A DNA stretch of 64,000 nucleotides, taken from positions 608,001-672,000 of the forward strand of contig CAWCKY010000004.1 in the NCBI GenBank assembly GCA_963796275.1, given 5' to 3'. Origin of the DNA: an uncultured Acidobacteriota bacterium. Its GTDB lineage: Bacteria; Acidobacteriota; Blastocatellia; RBC074. Positions within the stretch are counted from its first letter, which is position 1. Each line of letters starts with the position of its first letter. Below are positions 45,098 through 54,305 of this stretch, piece by piece. Under the pieces are notes generated by a model, which was not told where the DNA came from, made no database searches, and was given only the letters and a program-made list of their open reading frames with translations. The position numbers and the translations under genes are program-made.

Positions 45098-45921
45098 CGG
45101 GCCGCCTCCTCCTTCGCGCCCCGGTAGAGCTCGAGATCGTGCTCCAATTCAATGGCCGCATCTTGCAAGGCTCCAAAGACGCGTTTGACGCTATCACACC
45201 TGTATCCCTTGCGCGGCCATTTGAAATACCCGCCGCAGTAATCAAAGTACGCGCAGCGAGAACACTCACTATTTTCCGCCAGCAGCTCTCCCTGTAATCT
45301 TGCGACAAGAATCTCCAAATCATCCGGGTCATTCGTACCGCCCATACCACGAGCGACTCTTTCCTCGCCATCTTCAGTGATGTACCGGACGTATGCAGGG
45401 TCTTCTTCCTGAACATCCCAGAGCGTTATCGGATCCTTTTCGAAAAATGAGAGGAGTGTGGTATGGAAGAATTCAACGGGTTGAGAGACTGACGCGTGAT
45501 GAAGGTAGAAATCCAAAACCGCCAGCAGTTCTTCGATTGCCGCGGGCTCGGGCTGCCCCAAATCTAGTTTGACTGCAAATTGCAGCGAGGTCGCGATCTT
45601 GACCGCCTTGCTCAGTCCGGGGACTACCGGTATGGAAGTGCCCACCGGATGTTTATCGAGCAGCTTGGCGTGCCGGTAAAGCAGCGCGAATTCGACTACT
45701 GGATCGCGCATCACCAGCTCTACCGGGATGGCGTAGCCCCAGTCTGCCAGAGGATCGACGTCGGCCTGCATGGAAAGCAGCTGTACACCAACGACATTTC
45801 CCAGCTCCCTTTCGGGCAGGGCTTTGACGAGGATCGCAGGATCATGAGTGCGTACTATGACCTCACGGCCTCGATATTCAGGCACAAGTTTCACCGGTAT
45901 GTTATGGACGATCATATTCAT
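45094..45921 (-). CDS. Hypothetical rSAM partner protein with C-terminal SPASM-like Cys cluster
   Basis: GAGGGAG RBS before ATG at 45921; CSRCAYFDYCGG...C; no CxxxCxxC; stop overlaps the rSAM start (ATGA). Confidence 0.75.
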   Translation of the reverse strand: MNMIVHNIPVKLVPEYRGREVIVRTHDPAILVKALPERELGNVVGVQLLSMQADVDPLADWGYAIPVELVMRDPVVEFALLYRHAKLLDKHPVGTSIPVVPGLSKAVKIATSLQFAVKLDLGQPEPAAIEELLAVLDFYLHHASVSQPVEFFHTTLLSFFEKDPITLWDVQEEDPAYVRYITEDGEERVARGMGGTNDPDDLEILVARLQGELLAENSECSRCAYFDYCGGYFKWPRKGYRCDSVKRVFGALQDAAIELEHDLELYRGAKEEAAR

Positions 45922-45941
45922 GGTCTCCCTCACCATCACCC

Positions 45942-46008
45942 TCGATTGCGGATCGCGAATACGCGAATATAAGTAGAACTTTCGTTAGAATCCGCGATCC
46001 GCAATCGA
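45942..46008. terminator. 16-bp stem-loop immediately after the precursor gene
   Basis: TCGATTGCGGATCGCG / CGCGATCCGCAATCGA. Confidence 0.6.
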
Positions 46009-46383
46009 TCACCAACCGCGGCGATTGACCCAGCCACCGCCACCGCCGTGATTGTTGAGCCAGCCGCTTCCGCCGCTGCGATTCACCCAGCCGGACCCAC
46101 CATTTGCCCACGTGCCGCCGCGATTGACCCAGGAGCCGCCGCCGCCGCCATTGAGCCAGCCGCCGCCGCCGTTAATCCACGACGCACCGCGATTGGCCCA
46201 TCCGCCGCCGCCGCCGTGATTGACCCAGCTCCCACGGCTATTGACCCAACCAGCCTCTGTCTCGGAACTCGGCACCAGAGCTCCCAGGACAATCCCGCCG
46301 ATCACAGCCTGCGACCATTTCTTCATGCTCTTAAGGAAATCACGTCTGCATATCAACTCGACCTCATCAACCTTCTCCTCCAT
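46009..46383 (-). CDS. Gly-rich RiPP precursor with Tat-like leader and 10 W-x-N repeats
   Basis: RRDFLK + hydrophobic stretch + TEA, then WVN, WVN, WAN, WIN, WLN, WVN, WAN, WVN, WLN, WVN; upstream of the rSAM/SPASM gene. Confidence 0.85.
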   Translation of the reverse strand: MEEKVDEVELICRRDFLKSMKKWSQAVIGGIVLGALVPSSETEAGWVNSRGSWVNHGGGGGWANRGASWINGGGGWLNGGGGGSWVNRGGTWANGGSGWVNRSGGSGWLNNHGGGGGWVNRRGW

Positions 46384-46462
46384 AACTGGAACCTCATATT
46401 TTTTACTTTGGTTTTCAGGTGTTAACTAGATTCCAATCCCTGTCCGATAACTGAATAGGTAA

Positions 46463-46978
46463 TCACTGTTTGGTGGGTGACCCGCTACCTACAAGATTGG
46501 AATAGTGAAGCATGACAAACTGCCATTTGCCCCCTTGTTTCTCGGCCACGGCGGACACGTTCAGCTCATACTCCCTACTCTTTCCGTCTTTTGAATCCGA
46601 TAACTTGCACATGAATGCACCCCAGGCGACGCTGCCGCTGCCTCTGCCATCCTTCCAGTAACAGCTGTGTTTGAGCGTGCCCTTGTCGAAGTCTTTAAAC
46701 ATCTCCGAGTAGGCAGACTTGATCTCAGGTTGCCCCTGGAATTTCTCTCCAGGGCCGGTCCCGATCATTACTGTCTTGGGATTGGCCGAATACAACGCTA
46801 TCACGCCATCGATGTCATGCTTGTTCATGGCATCGTCGTGCTTCTGCAGCATATCGGCAATCTCTCCCTTAGCGGGGCCCTGTGCTGTTCGGGTGAAGCA
46901 GAACGGCGCGCAGAAACAGAGCATCAACACCAAGAATCCATAACGCACAGGGCTAATCGCGAAAATTCGGTGTTTCAT
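46463..46978 (-). CDS. SnoaL/NTF2-like secreted protein
   Basis: Start MKHRIF overlaps the FGE stop; DAMNKHDIDGVIALY...SAVAEKQGGKWQFVMLHYS. Confidence 0.8.
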   Translation of the reverse strand: MKHRIFAISPVRYGFLVLMLCFCAPFCFTRTAQGPAKGEIADMLQKHDDAMNKHDIDGVIALYSANPKTVMIGTGPGEKFQGQPEIKSAYSEMFKDFDKGTLKHSCYWKDGRGSGSVAWGAFMCKLSDSKDGKSREYELNVSAVAEKQGGKWQFVMLHYSNLVGSGSPTKQ

Positions 46979-48003
46979 TCCCCTCCTTTTTTGGTTTCTC
47001 CCATATTCTGAACCCTGACGACGCAACGGAACCCCAGGTGGCACGTCGAAGTGTCGATCGGCTGCGCCATGCGCGCCGCTGGCCGGTATCGCCGGCAATA
47101 ATTGGGCGCGCAGAGGAAGGAGCCTCCCTTCATCACCCTCCTCGGGATCTTGATCTCCGGTACGCATGGGTCGTAGCTCTTATCCATCTCTCCACCCTTC
47201 GGATTGACGCTGCCGCAGCACGAATTGGTGATGTGGCTATGCTCCTGGTACCAGTCCGTCGTCCATTCCCATACGTTGCCTGCCATCTCGAACAGGTCGT
47301 ATCCGTTCGGCGGGAACGAGCCGACCGGGGCGGTCGATTCGTATCCGTCTTCAAGCAGGTTTTCGTGGGGAAAAGTTCCCTGCCAGGTATTAGCCATCGG
47401 GTGGCCTTCGGGAGTGAACTCATCACCCCAGACGAATTCCGCCCCCTCCAATCCGCCGCGTGCGGCGAACTCCCATTCGGCCTCGGTCGGCAGTTCTTTC
47501 CCCGCCCATCTGGCATAAGCGTCCACATCTTCGTAGGCGACGTGCACCACCGGATGTGCCTCAAGACCCAACAACGAGCTGTCAGGACCTCGAGGATGCC
47601 GCCAATTCGCGCCGGGAACAAAGACCCACCAGTTGAAGTGGTTGCCCAGATCTACAGGTTGATCGGTCTTTTGAAACACTACCGAAGCGGGTACGAGCAA
47701 TTCAGGTATAGCGCCAGGATAGTCATCCGGATTGGGCGGACGTTCGCAGAATGTGACGTACCCTGTCGCTTCGACGAAGCGGCTGAACTGTTCATTGGTC
47801 ACCGCGTATCGATCCATCCAGAAGCCGTCAACCGTCGCAATGTGGGTGGGCGATTCTTCCGGATAGTGCTTGTTCGAGCCCATCATGAATGTGCCGCCGG
47901 GAATCCAGACCATGTTTTCGAAGGGCGGCTCACCGGGCGGAGGATTTCTCTCGTACCCCTTGGATTTTTGTTTGGTAGACTTCAAACCGACTAAACTGCT
48001 CAT
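46975..48003 (-). CDS. Formylglycine-generating enzyme (sulfatase-modifying factor)
   Basis: HPVVHV, LPTEAEWEFAARGG, GNVWEW, KGGSFLCAPNYCRRYRPAAR, GFRC. Confidence 0.95.
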   Translation of the reverse strand: MSSLVGLKSTKQKSKGYERNPPPGEPPFENMVWIPGGTFMMGSNKHYPEESPTHIATVDGFWMDRYAVTNEQFSRFVEATGYVTFCERPPNPDDYPGAIPELLVPASVVFQKTDQPVDLGNHFNWWVFVPGANWRHPRGPDSSLLGLEAHPVVHVAYEDVDAYARWAGKELPTEAEWEFAARGGLEGAEFVWGDEFTPEGHPMANTWQGTFPHENLLEDGYESTAPVGSFPPNGYDLFEMAGNVWEWTTDWYQEHSHITNSCCGSVNPKGGEMDKSYDPCVPEIKIPRRVMKGGSFLCAPNYCRRYRPAARMAQPIDTSTCHLGFRCVVRVQNMGETKKGGE

Positions 48004-48026
48004 AGCTTATCCCTCACCTCAGAACG

Positions 48027-48575
48027 CTATTCGACCTTAATCAATAGCGCGGTGGTGTAATAGATGTCCACTTTATCGCCGACTTTTACGCCATCCAGCC
48101 TCTTCACGTCGCGCACGCGATAAGTGCGCACCTTCCCCTGCGAATCTTTGATAGTTACCGAAGGGACAGACCGGTCGAACGATTCCACAGTCACCGTCAT
48201 CGTCTTGATATCCTCGATGCTGGCCCCGGGCTTGGATTGCGGTCTGACGACCACCCTCTCCTTATCCGGCGCCGGATCGCCCGGCTTTCGCACGTGCACT
48301 GCGATAGACTCGGAGTATGTAGCCGAAACGACATCTCCGACCTTCAGCTCGTCGAATCGTTTGACCTCTTCAGTGGCCTTGACTTCTACCAGATTTCCTT
48401 GCGGCCCTTTGAGCGTAATTATCCGGTTGGCCTTGTCGATCGCCTCGATCGTGGCCTCTACGGTTACCGCTTCAGTCATCGACACCGGCGGCCGATCCTG
48501 CGCAATAGCCGCTGTCAATGAAACTGGGATTACGAGCGCCAGAAATATCGCAAAATTGATCTTATTCAATTTCAT
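48027..48575 (-). CDS. Secreted hypothetical protein with two OB-fold-like repeats
   Basis: Signal peptide; duplicated T.E..D.....T.K...G......V...KVGD.V...Y. Confidence 0.75.
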   Translation of the reverse strand: MKLNKINFAIFLALVIPVSLTAAIAQDRPPVSMTEAVTVEATIEAIDKANRIITLKGPQGNLVEVKATEEVKRFDELKVGDVVSATYSESIAVHVRKPGDPAPDKERVVVRPQSKPGASIEDIKTMTVTVESFDRSVPSVTIKDSQGKVRTYRVRDVKRLDGVKVGDKVDIYYTTALLIKVE

Positions 48576-48668
48576 AAATTCCTCCCTTTCCTTGATTAGA
48601 GTTATTGATTCATAAGTTCCGTTACGTACGTTTTATGCTCGTTCTTTCAGCGAACAGACCGCTCTGGT

Positions 48669-51038
48669 TTACTGCCGCGCCATCGCAGCCTTCGCGAAAG
48701 CCTTCATCTCCTCCTCCGTGTCCTGGATCATCTTGCCGGACACATCAGCGGTCACCTTGAATATCTTTCCCGTAAACTTGAACGGCGGCTGGTAGAGTTT
48801 GGAGACCGATGAGCACGGATTGCGGCCCACGGTCAGTCCGCCGCCGAGGCCGATCGCAAGGGGCACCGTCACGGGAATGTCTGACTGGCCAACGATCTTG
48901 CCGTTGATGTAAAGCTGAGCTCGACCGGGCGTCCCCTTTCCCTTGGCCAGGTCCGGCTTGCCGGTCGGCTCAAACTCGAAGCGCAATTGAACCTTGCCCT
49001 CAGGCACCTCTTCTGTCGAAACAACATCGTATTCTTCGGCGCCGACATAGTTGTGCGCGTAATGCAGCTTTTTGTCCTTGATGAAGAAGCTGTAGCCGCC
49101 GATGTTGCTGCCGTGGCAGACGATCACACCTTGGGCGCCGCCCTTCGGGATCTCTACCTCGGCGGTCAGGCTGTGTGCGCGGTTCAGGACTTTCACCGCC
49201 ACGTTTTCCGGCACCGCCTGCGTGTGCGGATAGTAGACATAGGTCTTGCGCTCTCTGGTCAGTTGCGGCCTCTCGTCGGCGAAGCGCATCGTCCCGCGGC
49301 TGTCGAGCGGGAAGACATCATACTTGCCCGCCTCGGAGTACCAGAGCGCGATCATCTCGATCAGCTTGTCGCGGTTGGTGTCGGCCAGGTTCTTCGTCTC
49401 GGCGGGGTCCTCCTCGAGGTTGTAAAGCTCCCAGCCCTTCGCATCCAGCTCGCGCAGCTTCTCTTCGGTCAGGGGCGACTGGCCGAAGAACGCCTTCGCT
49501 TCCGTGAAAGAAGGACCGGGAAAAGGGCAGACTGCGCGCCAGCCGTCGTGGTAGATCGCCCGATGGGCGAACATCTCGAAGTACTGCGTGTGATGCTTGC
49601 TCTCGGCCTTGGCATCTTTGAAGGTGTGGGCGAAGCTGATCCCCTCGATCGGCGATTGCGTCACGCCGCGAATCTGCTCCGGCGGCACGACACCGAGTGC
49701 TTCCAGCACTGTCGGTACCATATCGATGGCATGCGCGAACTGATGGCGGACCTCCCCTTTCGCTTTTACCCCTTTGGGCCAGTGGACGAGGAACGGATCG
49801 GAGACGCCGCCTCGATAGGTCTCGCGCTTCCAGCGACGAAACGGGGTGTTGCCCGCGAATGTCCAGCCCCAGGCGTAGTGGTTGAAGAATTTGGGGCCGC
49901 CCAGTTCGCCCAGAGCGGCGAGGTTCTGCTTCAGGTCGTCCGGCACATTGTTGAAAAACTTGTTCTCGTTGACCGAACCCGTCGGGCCACCCTCTGAGCT
50001 GGCGCCGTTGTCGGAGATCAGCATAATCAGCGTGTTCTCCAGCTCGCCCATGCTTTCGAGGAAGCTGATCAGACGACCGATATGGTGGTCGGTGTGCTCC
50101 ATAAATCCCGCGAAGACCTCCATCATCCGTGCGTATAGCTTCTTCTCGTCGGCGGGGAGCTTGTCCCAGTCCTGCACGTCCGGGTCGTGGCGCGAGAGCA
50201 CCGTATTCTGCGGGATGACGCCCAGCTCCTTCTGTTTCGCGAAGACCTTCTCACGATACTTGTCCCAGCCATCGTCGAACTTGCCTTTGTACTTGTCGGC
50301 CCATTCCTTCGGTACGTGATGCGGCGCGTGATGGGCGCCGGTCGCGAAATAGAGGAAGAAAGGCTTGTCCGGCGCTATCTGCTTGGAGTCAGCGATGAAC
50401 TGAATGGCCTTGTCTGTCAGGTCCTCGGTCAGGTGGTAGCCTTCATCGGGAGTCTTGGGCGGGTCGACCTGGTGGTTGTCGTAGACCAGATCGGGATAGT
50501 ACTGGCTGGTGTCGCCGCCGAGGAAGCCGTAGTATCGGTCGAAGCCTCTGCCCAATGGCCAGCGGTCGTATGGGCCCGCGGCGCTGATCTGTTCAGCTGG
50601 AGTCAGGTGCCACTTTCCTACGCAGTATGTGTTGTACCCCTTCTGGACGAGCATCTCCGAGAGGAAGCCGTTCTCGAAGGGGATGATTCCGTTACCCCCG
50701 GGAAAGCCGGTCGACCCTTCGGTTATGCACGACATCGCGTTGGAGTGGTGGTTGCGTCCCGTGAGGATGCACGAGCGAGTCGGCGAGCAAAGCGCCGTAG
50801 TATGCATGTTGGAATAGAGCAGACCGTTGGCAGCCAGCTTGTTGATGTTTGGCGTATTGATCGGCGAGCCGTAGCAGCCGAGCTGTCCAAAGCCGGTATC
50901 GTCGATCACTATGAAGAGCACGTTGGGCGCGCCTGCTATCGCGCGCAATGGTTCGGGCCACGCCGCTTCTGATTCACCAATCGTACGCCCCATTCGGCCG
51001 GGGAAAGTGGTTCCTGACTTATATTCCTTCAATGCCAT
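48669..51038 (-). CDS. Arylsulfatase (AtsA/AtsD-like) with C-terminal extension
   Basis: NVLFIVIDDTG, CSPTR formylglycine motif, GKWHL, HAPHH, SDNGAS. Confidence 0.95.
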   Translation of the reverse strand: MALKEYKSGTTFPGRMGRTIGESEAAWPEPLRAIAGAPNVLFIVIDDTGFGQLGCYGSPINTPNINKLAANGLLYSNMHTTALCSPTRSCILTGRNHHSNAMSCITEGSTGFPGGNGIIPFENGFLSEMLVQKGYNTYCVGKWHLTPAEQISAAGPYDRWPLGRGFDRYYGFLGGDTSQYYPDLVYDNHQVDPPKTPDEGYHLTEDLTDKAIQFIADSKQIAPDKPFFLYFATGAHHAPHHVPKEWADKYKGKFDDGWDKYREKVFAKQKELGVIPQNTVLSRHDPDVQDWDKLPADEKKLYARMMEVFAGFMEHTDHHIGRLISFLESMGELENTLIMLISDNGASSEGGPTGSVNENKFFNNVPDDLKQNLAALGELGGPKFFNHYAWGWTFAGNTPFRRWKRETYRGGVSDPFLVHWPKGVKAKGEVRHQFAHAIDMVPTVLEALGVVPPEQIRGVTQSPIEGISFAHTFKDAKAESKHHTQYFEMFAHRAIYHDGWRAVCPFPGPSFTEAKAFFGQSPLTEEKLRELDAKGWELYNLEEDPAETKNLADTNRDKLIEMIALWYSEAGKYDVFPLDSRGTMRFADERPQLTRERKTYVYYPHTQAVPENVAVKVLNRAHSLTAEVEIPKGGAQGVIVCHGSNIGGYSFFIKDKKLHYAHNYVGAEEYDVVSTEEVPEGKVQLRFEFEPTGKPDLAKGKGTPGRAQLYINGKIVGQSDIPVTVPLAIGLGGGLTVGRNPCSSVSKLYQPPFKFTGKIFKVTADVSGKMIQDTEEEMKAFAKAAMARQ

Positions 51039-51065
51039 TCTATTTCTCCATTGATAAATTTCCGG

Positions 51066-51239
51066 TTATGTCAGTGCTCGTTTAATTTGCATCCCGTTCC
51101 GCGCTCAAAGAGGTTTGCAGCAGGGTTTTCCTGTATTTCCGGAGTTTTTTTCAAAACGGCATAGGGATTCTGTTTTTTTAGGAGCATGAAGAGTGCCGAA
51201 TCACCGGGCTGTATATGCGATCATTATCAGTTCGCTCAT
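51066..51239 (-). pseudogene. Internally deleted DUF1269-like gene remnant
   Basis: GAGGAG RBS + MSELIMIAY; shifted frames give PGDSALFMLLKK.NP..VLKK and LRKYRKTLLQTSLS, resembling the DUF1269 N- and C-termini. Confidence 0.5.
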
Positions 51240-51499
51240 TCTCGCAGTCTTCTCCTCAACCGAGATGAACACTAAGTTCACCTCTGCGCCGCTGTAATCC
51301 ATCGAGATTTAACTCGCCCGCTTTTTTATTCAGGAGACTTCTAAACTGACACGAAGGGTAACGAACAAGTGGATGGATTGCTATTAGTAGTTTTCTCTAT
51401 TTATAGGGGTCAGTATTACGTATATAGGCTGTTGAATTTGCTGATCTCCGGCAGTATAAGATCGGTATTTCACGGGGGGGGAAAATGTTGCGGATCCCC

Positions 51500-52051
51500 T
51501 CACCGCCCCGTGACGGCAAAAACCTGGCGGGAAATGAACTCCTTGAGATACGCAAGTGAGTCGCCGGAAAACTTGAACTCGATCTCGCCCCACTTGCCCT
51601 CAAGTCTTTGGGCGTCGAGCAGCTTCCTTAAGGCCTCCCGTCCGAGCTCGGCATGCGCCTGTTCTGCGAACAAACGATTTAACTCGTAGAAGTCGTTGCG
51701 GTAGTCTTTGGCGGGAACCTCAATCCGGTCAGAATCCAGATACAGCAAAACGGTCTTCGTTTCCTTGAACAACGGTTTGGTGCGGCGGGTCGCGCTGCCT
51801 CGGTAAGACGAGAGGCTCAGCCAGAATATCGCCGTCTCATTCGGCTCTCTCCCGCGGAATGATGCGTTCGCCTGTACGACCAGCCTTGGAGCTCCTTTTC
51901 CAAGTTCGAGCAGATCGCATTGTACGGTCGTCATATCGGCATCGCGGTCATATCTACTTTCGATTTGACCTACGCCTGACGGCGATGAGTTTTGCAGGAT
52001 TATAAGAGTGATTCCCAATAAATACGGGAGAAGCGTATGTGCTAAATTCAT
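51500..52051 (-). CDS. Hypothetical secreted protein
   Basis: Start MNLAH after AAGGAAG; N-terminal hydrophobic segment. Confidence 0.6.
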   Translation of the reverse strand: MNLAHTLLPYLLGITLIILQNSSPSGVGQIESRYDRDADMTTVQCDLLELGKGAPRLVVQANASFRGREPNETAIFWLSLSSYRGSATRRTKPLFKETKTVLLYLDSDRIEVPAKDYRNDFYELNRLFAEQAHAELGREALRKLLDAQRLEGKWGEIEFKFSGDSLAYLKEFISRQVFAVTGR

Positions 52052-52261
52052 GACTTCCTTTCTTCTCCTTCCCAGATGCTTTGCTTCTCTCTCTTCGTAC
52101 GCGCGGGTGGCCGTTTGGCCCCTAGCTAGCCGAGCGCGCTCAGGCAAACTGTGACCTATATTCGACGGGAGGTTATTTAGCTTCAGACAGAGAGGGGATT
52201 TTTTATGGGGAATGGACGCGCGGGTTTCGGCGGCGGGAGATCATCGTTTAGCTCAACTATT

Positions 52262-52762
52262 TCAGCCTCGTTTCCGGACAGACGCTCGCTGTCGGGAAGG
52301 ACGAGGTCGACTGGAACCATCTCCGGTGACACGGGGCAGCCTCTGGATCGGCCAGCTAACTGAAAGCAACTCTCCTGGAGGGAGCGCCTGCCAACGGTCG
52401 TATATGACATCCAGGGCGTGCCCTGCGGGAGTCGGAGCTCCCATCCGCCACGCCGCCACGTGCGAGTTCACCAGATGTTCGTTTGAGTTGAGCGCCTCTC
52501 GGTGCTCCCGAATGAGCGCCTGCCCCGGCTGTGTGCGGCGGCGCCCGGGGACGGTTTTGAAAGTCGCGCCATTGGCGAGCAAACCCCAAAAACCATACTC
52601 CAGCCCCAGAGCGGCCTCGACAACGAACTGAGCCAGATCATGCGGCAAGTCGCGGCCGGATGCCATCGTGGTACCCTGAAATGGCTTACGCTTCGGGGGT
52701 TCCGCTATCCATGCGCACAATCGCCCTTCGTCTAATTTATAAAATATAACCCGCATTTCCAT
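52262..52762 (-). CDS. Conserved hypothetical protein
   Basis: LPHDLAQFVVEAALGLEYGFWG motif; protein-like composition. Confidence 0.6.
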   Translation of the reverse strand: MEMRVIFYKLDEGRLCAWIAEPPKRKPFQGTTMASGRDLPHDLAQFVVEAALGLEYGFWGLLANGATFKTVPGRRRTQPGQALIREHREALNSNEHLVNSHVAAWRMGAPTPAGHALDVIYDRWQALPPGELLSVSWPIQRLPRVTGDGSSRPRPSRQRASVRKRG

Positions 52763-52937
52763 AGGCTCTTCTATCTTACCTTTTCAACAACGCAACGGAA
52801 AGCCGGACGGATTTCCCGAACCCGCCGAACCATTTATTCTGGCTTGCGCGACCGTCTGACTCTGCCCTAGTATCGATTCGGTTATTGATCACTCAAACCA
52901 ATCCCTTGGAGGATGTCTGAGTGAGGAAAACAATACT

Positions 52938-54305
52938 ATGCGAATACTCATTCTATGGTGCGCTTCTTTAATAACCATGCTGCTTTCATTGACGGCGCCG
53001 GCGAAGGCTTGTTCCTGCATCGACCCAGGGCCGCCGTGTCAAACTTACGGAAAATCTTCCGCTGTCTTTAGCGGCCAGGTTATTGAGATCGTTCCATTCG
53101 AAGTCGAGGGCTATCCCCAGAAGCTGGTTCGTTTTGCCGTAAGCGAAGCATTTCGCGGCATTGCGGGATCATCAGTGGAGATCGCCACGGGCAACGGCGG
53201 CGGTGATTGCGGCTATCCATTTAGTATCGGCGAAAACTATCTGGTGTATGCCCATCGCTCCTCGCAAGGGAACAGACTCTATGCCAGCATATGCAGCCGC
53301 ACCGGGCCGCTGTCGGAAGCGAGTCAAGATATCGAGTACATCCGTGGGCTCTCGAAAGTCGAGCCCGGAGGACAGATATTCGGCACGGCGAAGAGGTTCC
53401 GACGTGTAAATGCTGATGTAATTCATCAGCCACTCGAACCTATGGAGGGCGTCCGCGTCACGATTGAAGGTGATGGAAAGCAAGTGGTGGCCGTGACCGA
53501 TGGAAAAGGCAGCTACCTTGCTGCCGGACTCCGCCCCGGAGGCTATCTTGTGCGAATCAAGGCGCCGGATGGCCTCTACCCGAGCGAAGTTCAACATAAG
53601 GTGGAAATAACGGACAAAGGTTGCGCTGTCGTAGACTTCACCTTTCAGCCGAATACTTCTCTGAGCGGCCAGGTCTTCGATGAGGGCTCGGCGCCGGTGC
53701 CGAAAATCACGGTCGATCTGATTCCTTCCGATGAGATCGACGAACCTTATCAAAGGCATAATCTATTCGTTCACACAGATGACGAAGGACGCTTTACCCT
53801 CCTGACAATCCCGCCCGGCACGTACTATCTCGGAATAAGACTCAATCGTATTACAGCACCTACATTCCCGTACCCGCGGACGTTTTATCCGGGCACTCGG
53901 GATATTGCGCAAGCACAGACGATCACGATCGTCGAAGGTCAAACGGTTGAAGGCTTTAATATTAAGCTCCCAGCCAAGCTCAGGCTAAGAAAAATTGAGG
54001 GATATGTTAGATGGCCGGACGGTAAACCGGTTCCGGACGCCATGTTATGCGTTGAAGTAGTTGAATATGCCGAACGCTCTCTCTGCTTCGGGGGCAACGA
54101 AAAGGTGGGCGAGGACGGTCGATTTTCCTTCACCCTGTTCGAAGGTTTGCGACATCTGGTGCGCGCTCTCGTCAACGGAGGAAACGGGCAGCGCCACGCC
54201 GAGCCGGTCGAAATACCCGCTAATGGCGATGTAAGCGACATCAAGATTGTAATTTCGGAACCAAACGGTAATTGCGAAAAATGTAATAGATGGAAAAGAA
54301 AATAG
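52938..54305 (+). CDS. Secreted TIMP/NTR-like domain + carboxypeptidase-regulatory-like repeat protein
   Basis: AKA signal cleavage then CSC; VFSGQV, GDCGYPF..GENYLVYA, ICSRT; repeated TD..G.Y/F....PG.Y. Confidence 0.75.
   Translation: MRILILWCASLITMLLSLTAPAKACSCIDPGPPCQTYGKSSAVFSGQVIEIVPFEVEGYPQKLVRFAVSEAFRGIAGSSVEIATGNGGGDCGYPFSIGENYLVYAHRSSQGNRLYASICSRTGPLSEASQDIEYIRGLSKVEPGGQIFGTAKRFRRVNADVIHQPLEPMEGVRVTIEGDGKQVVAVTDGKGSYLAAGLRPGGYLVRIKAPDGLYPSEVQHKVEITDKGCAVVDFTFQPNTSLSGQVFDEGSAPVPKITVDLIPSDEIDEPYQRHNLFVHTDDEGRFTLLTIPPGTYYLGIRLNRITAPTFPYPRTFYPGTRDIAQAQTITIVEGQTVEGFNIKLPAKLRLRKIEGYVRWPDGKPVPDAMLCVEVVEYAERSLCFGGNEKVGEDGRFSFTLFEGLRHLVRALVNGGNGQRHAEPVEIPANGDVSDIKIVISEPNGNCEKCNRWKRK

Noticed and set aside
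43859-45127. 422-aa plus-strand ORF and other long antisense ORFs (e.g. 47038..47994, 48987..49997, 35924..36781, 2118..2750)
   Set aside because: Shadow frames opposite well-supported genes in GC-rich DNA, with no recognisable motifs
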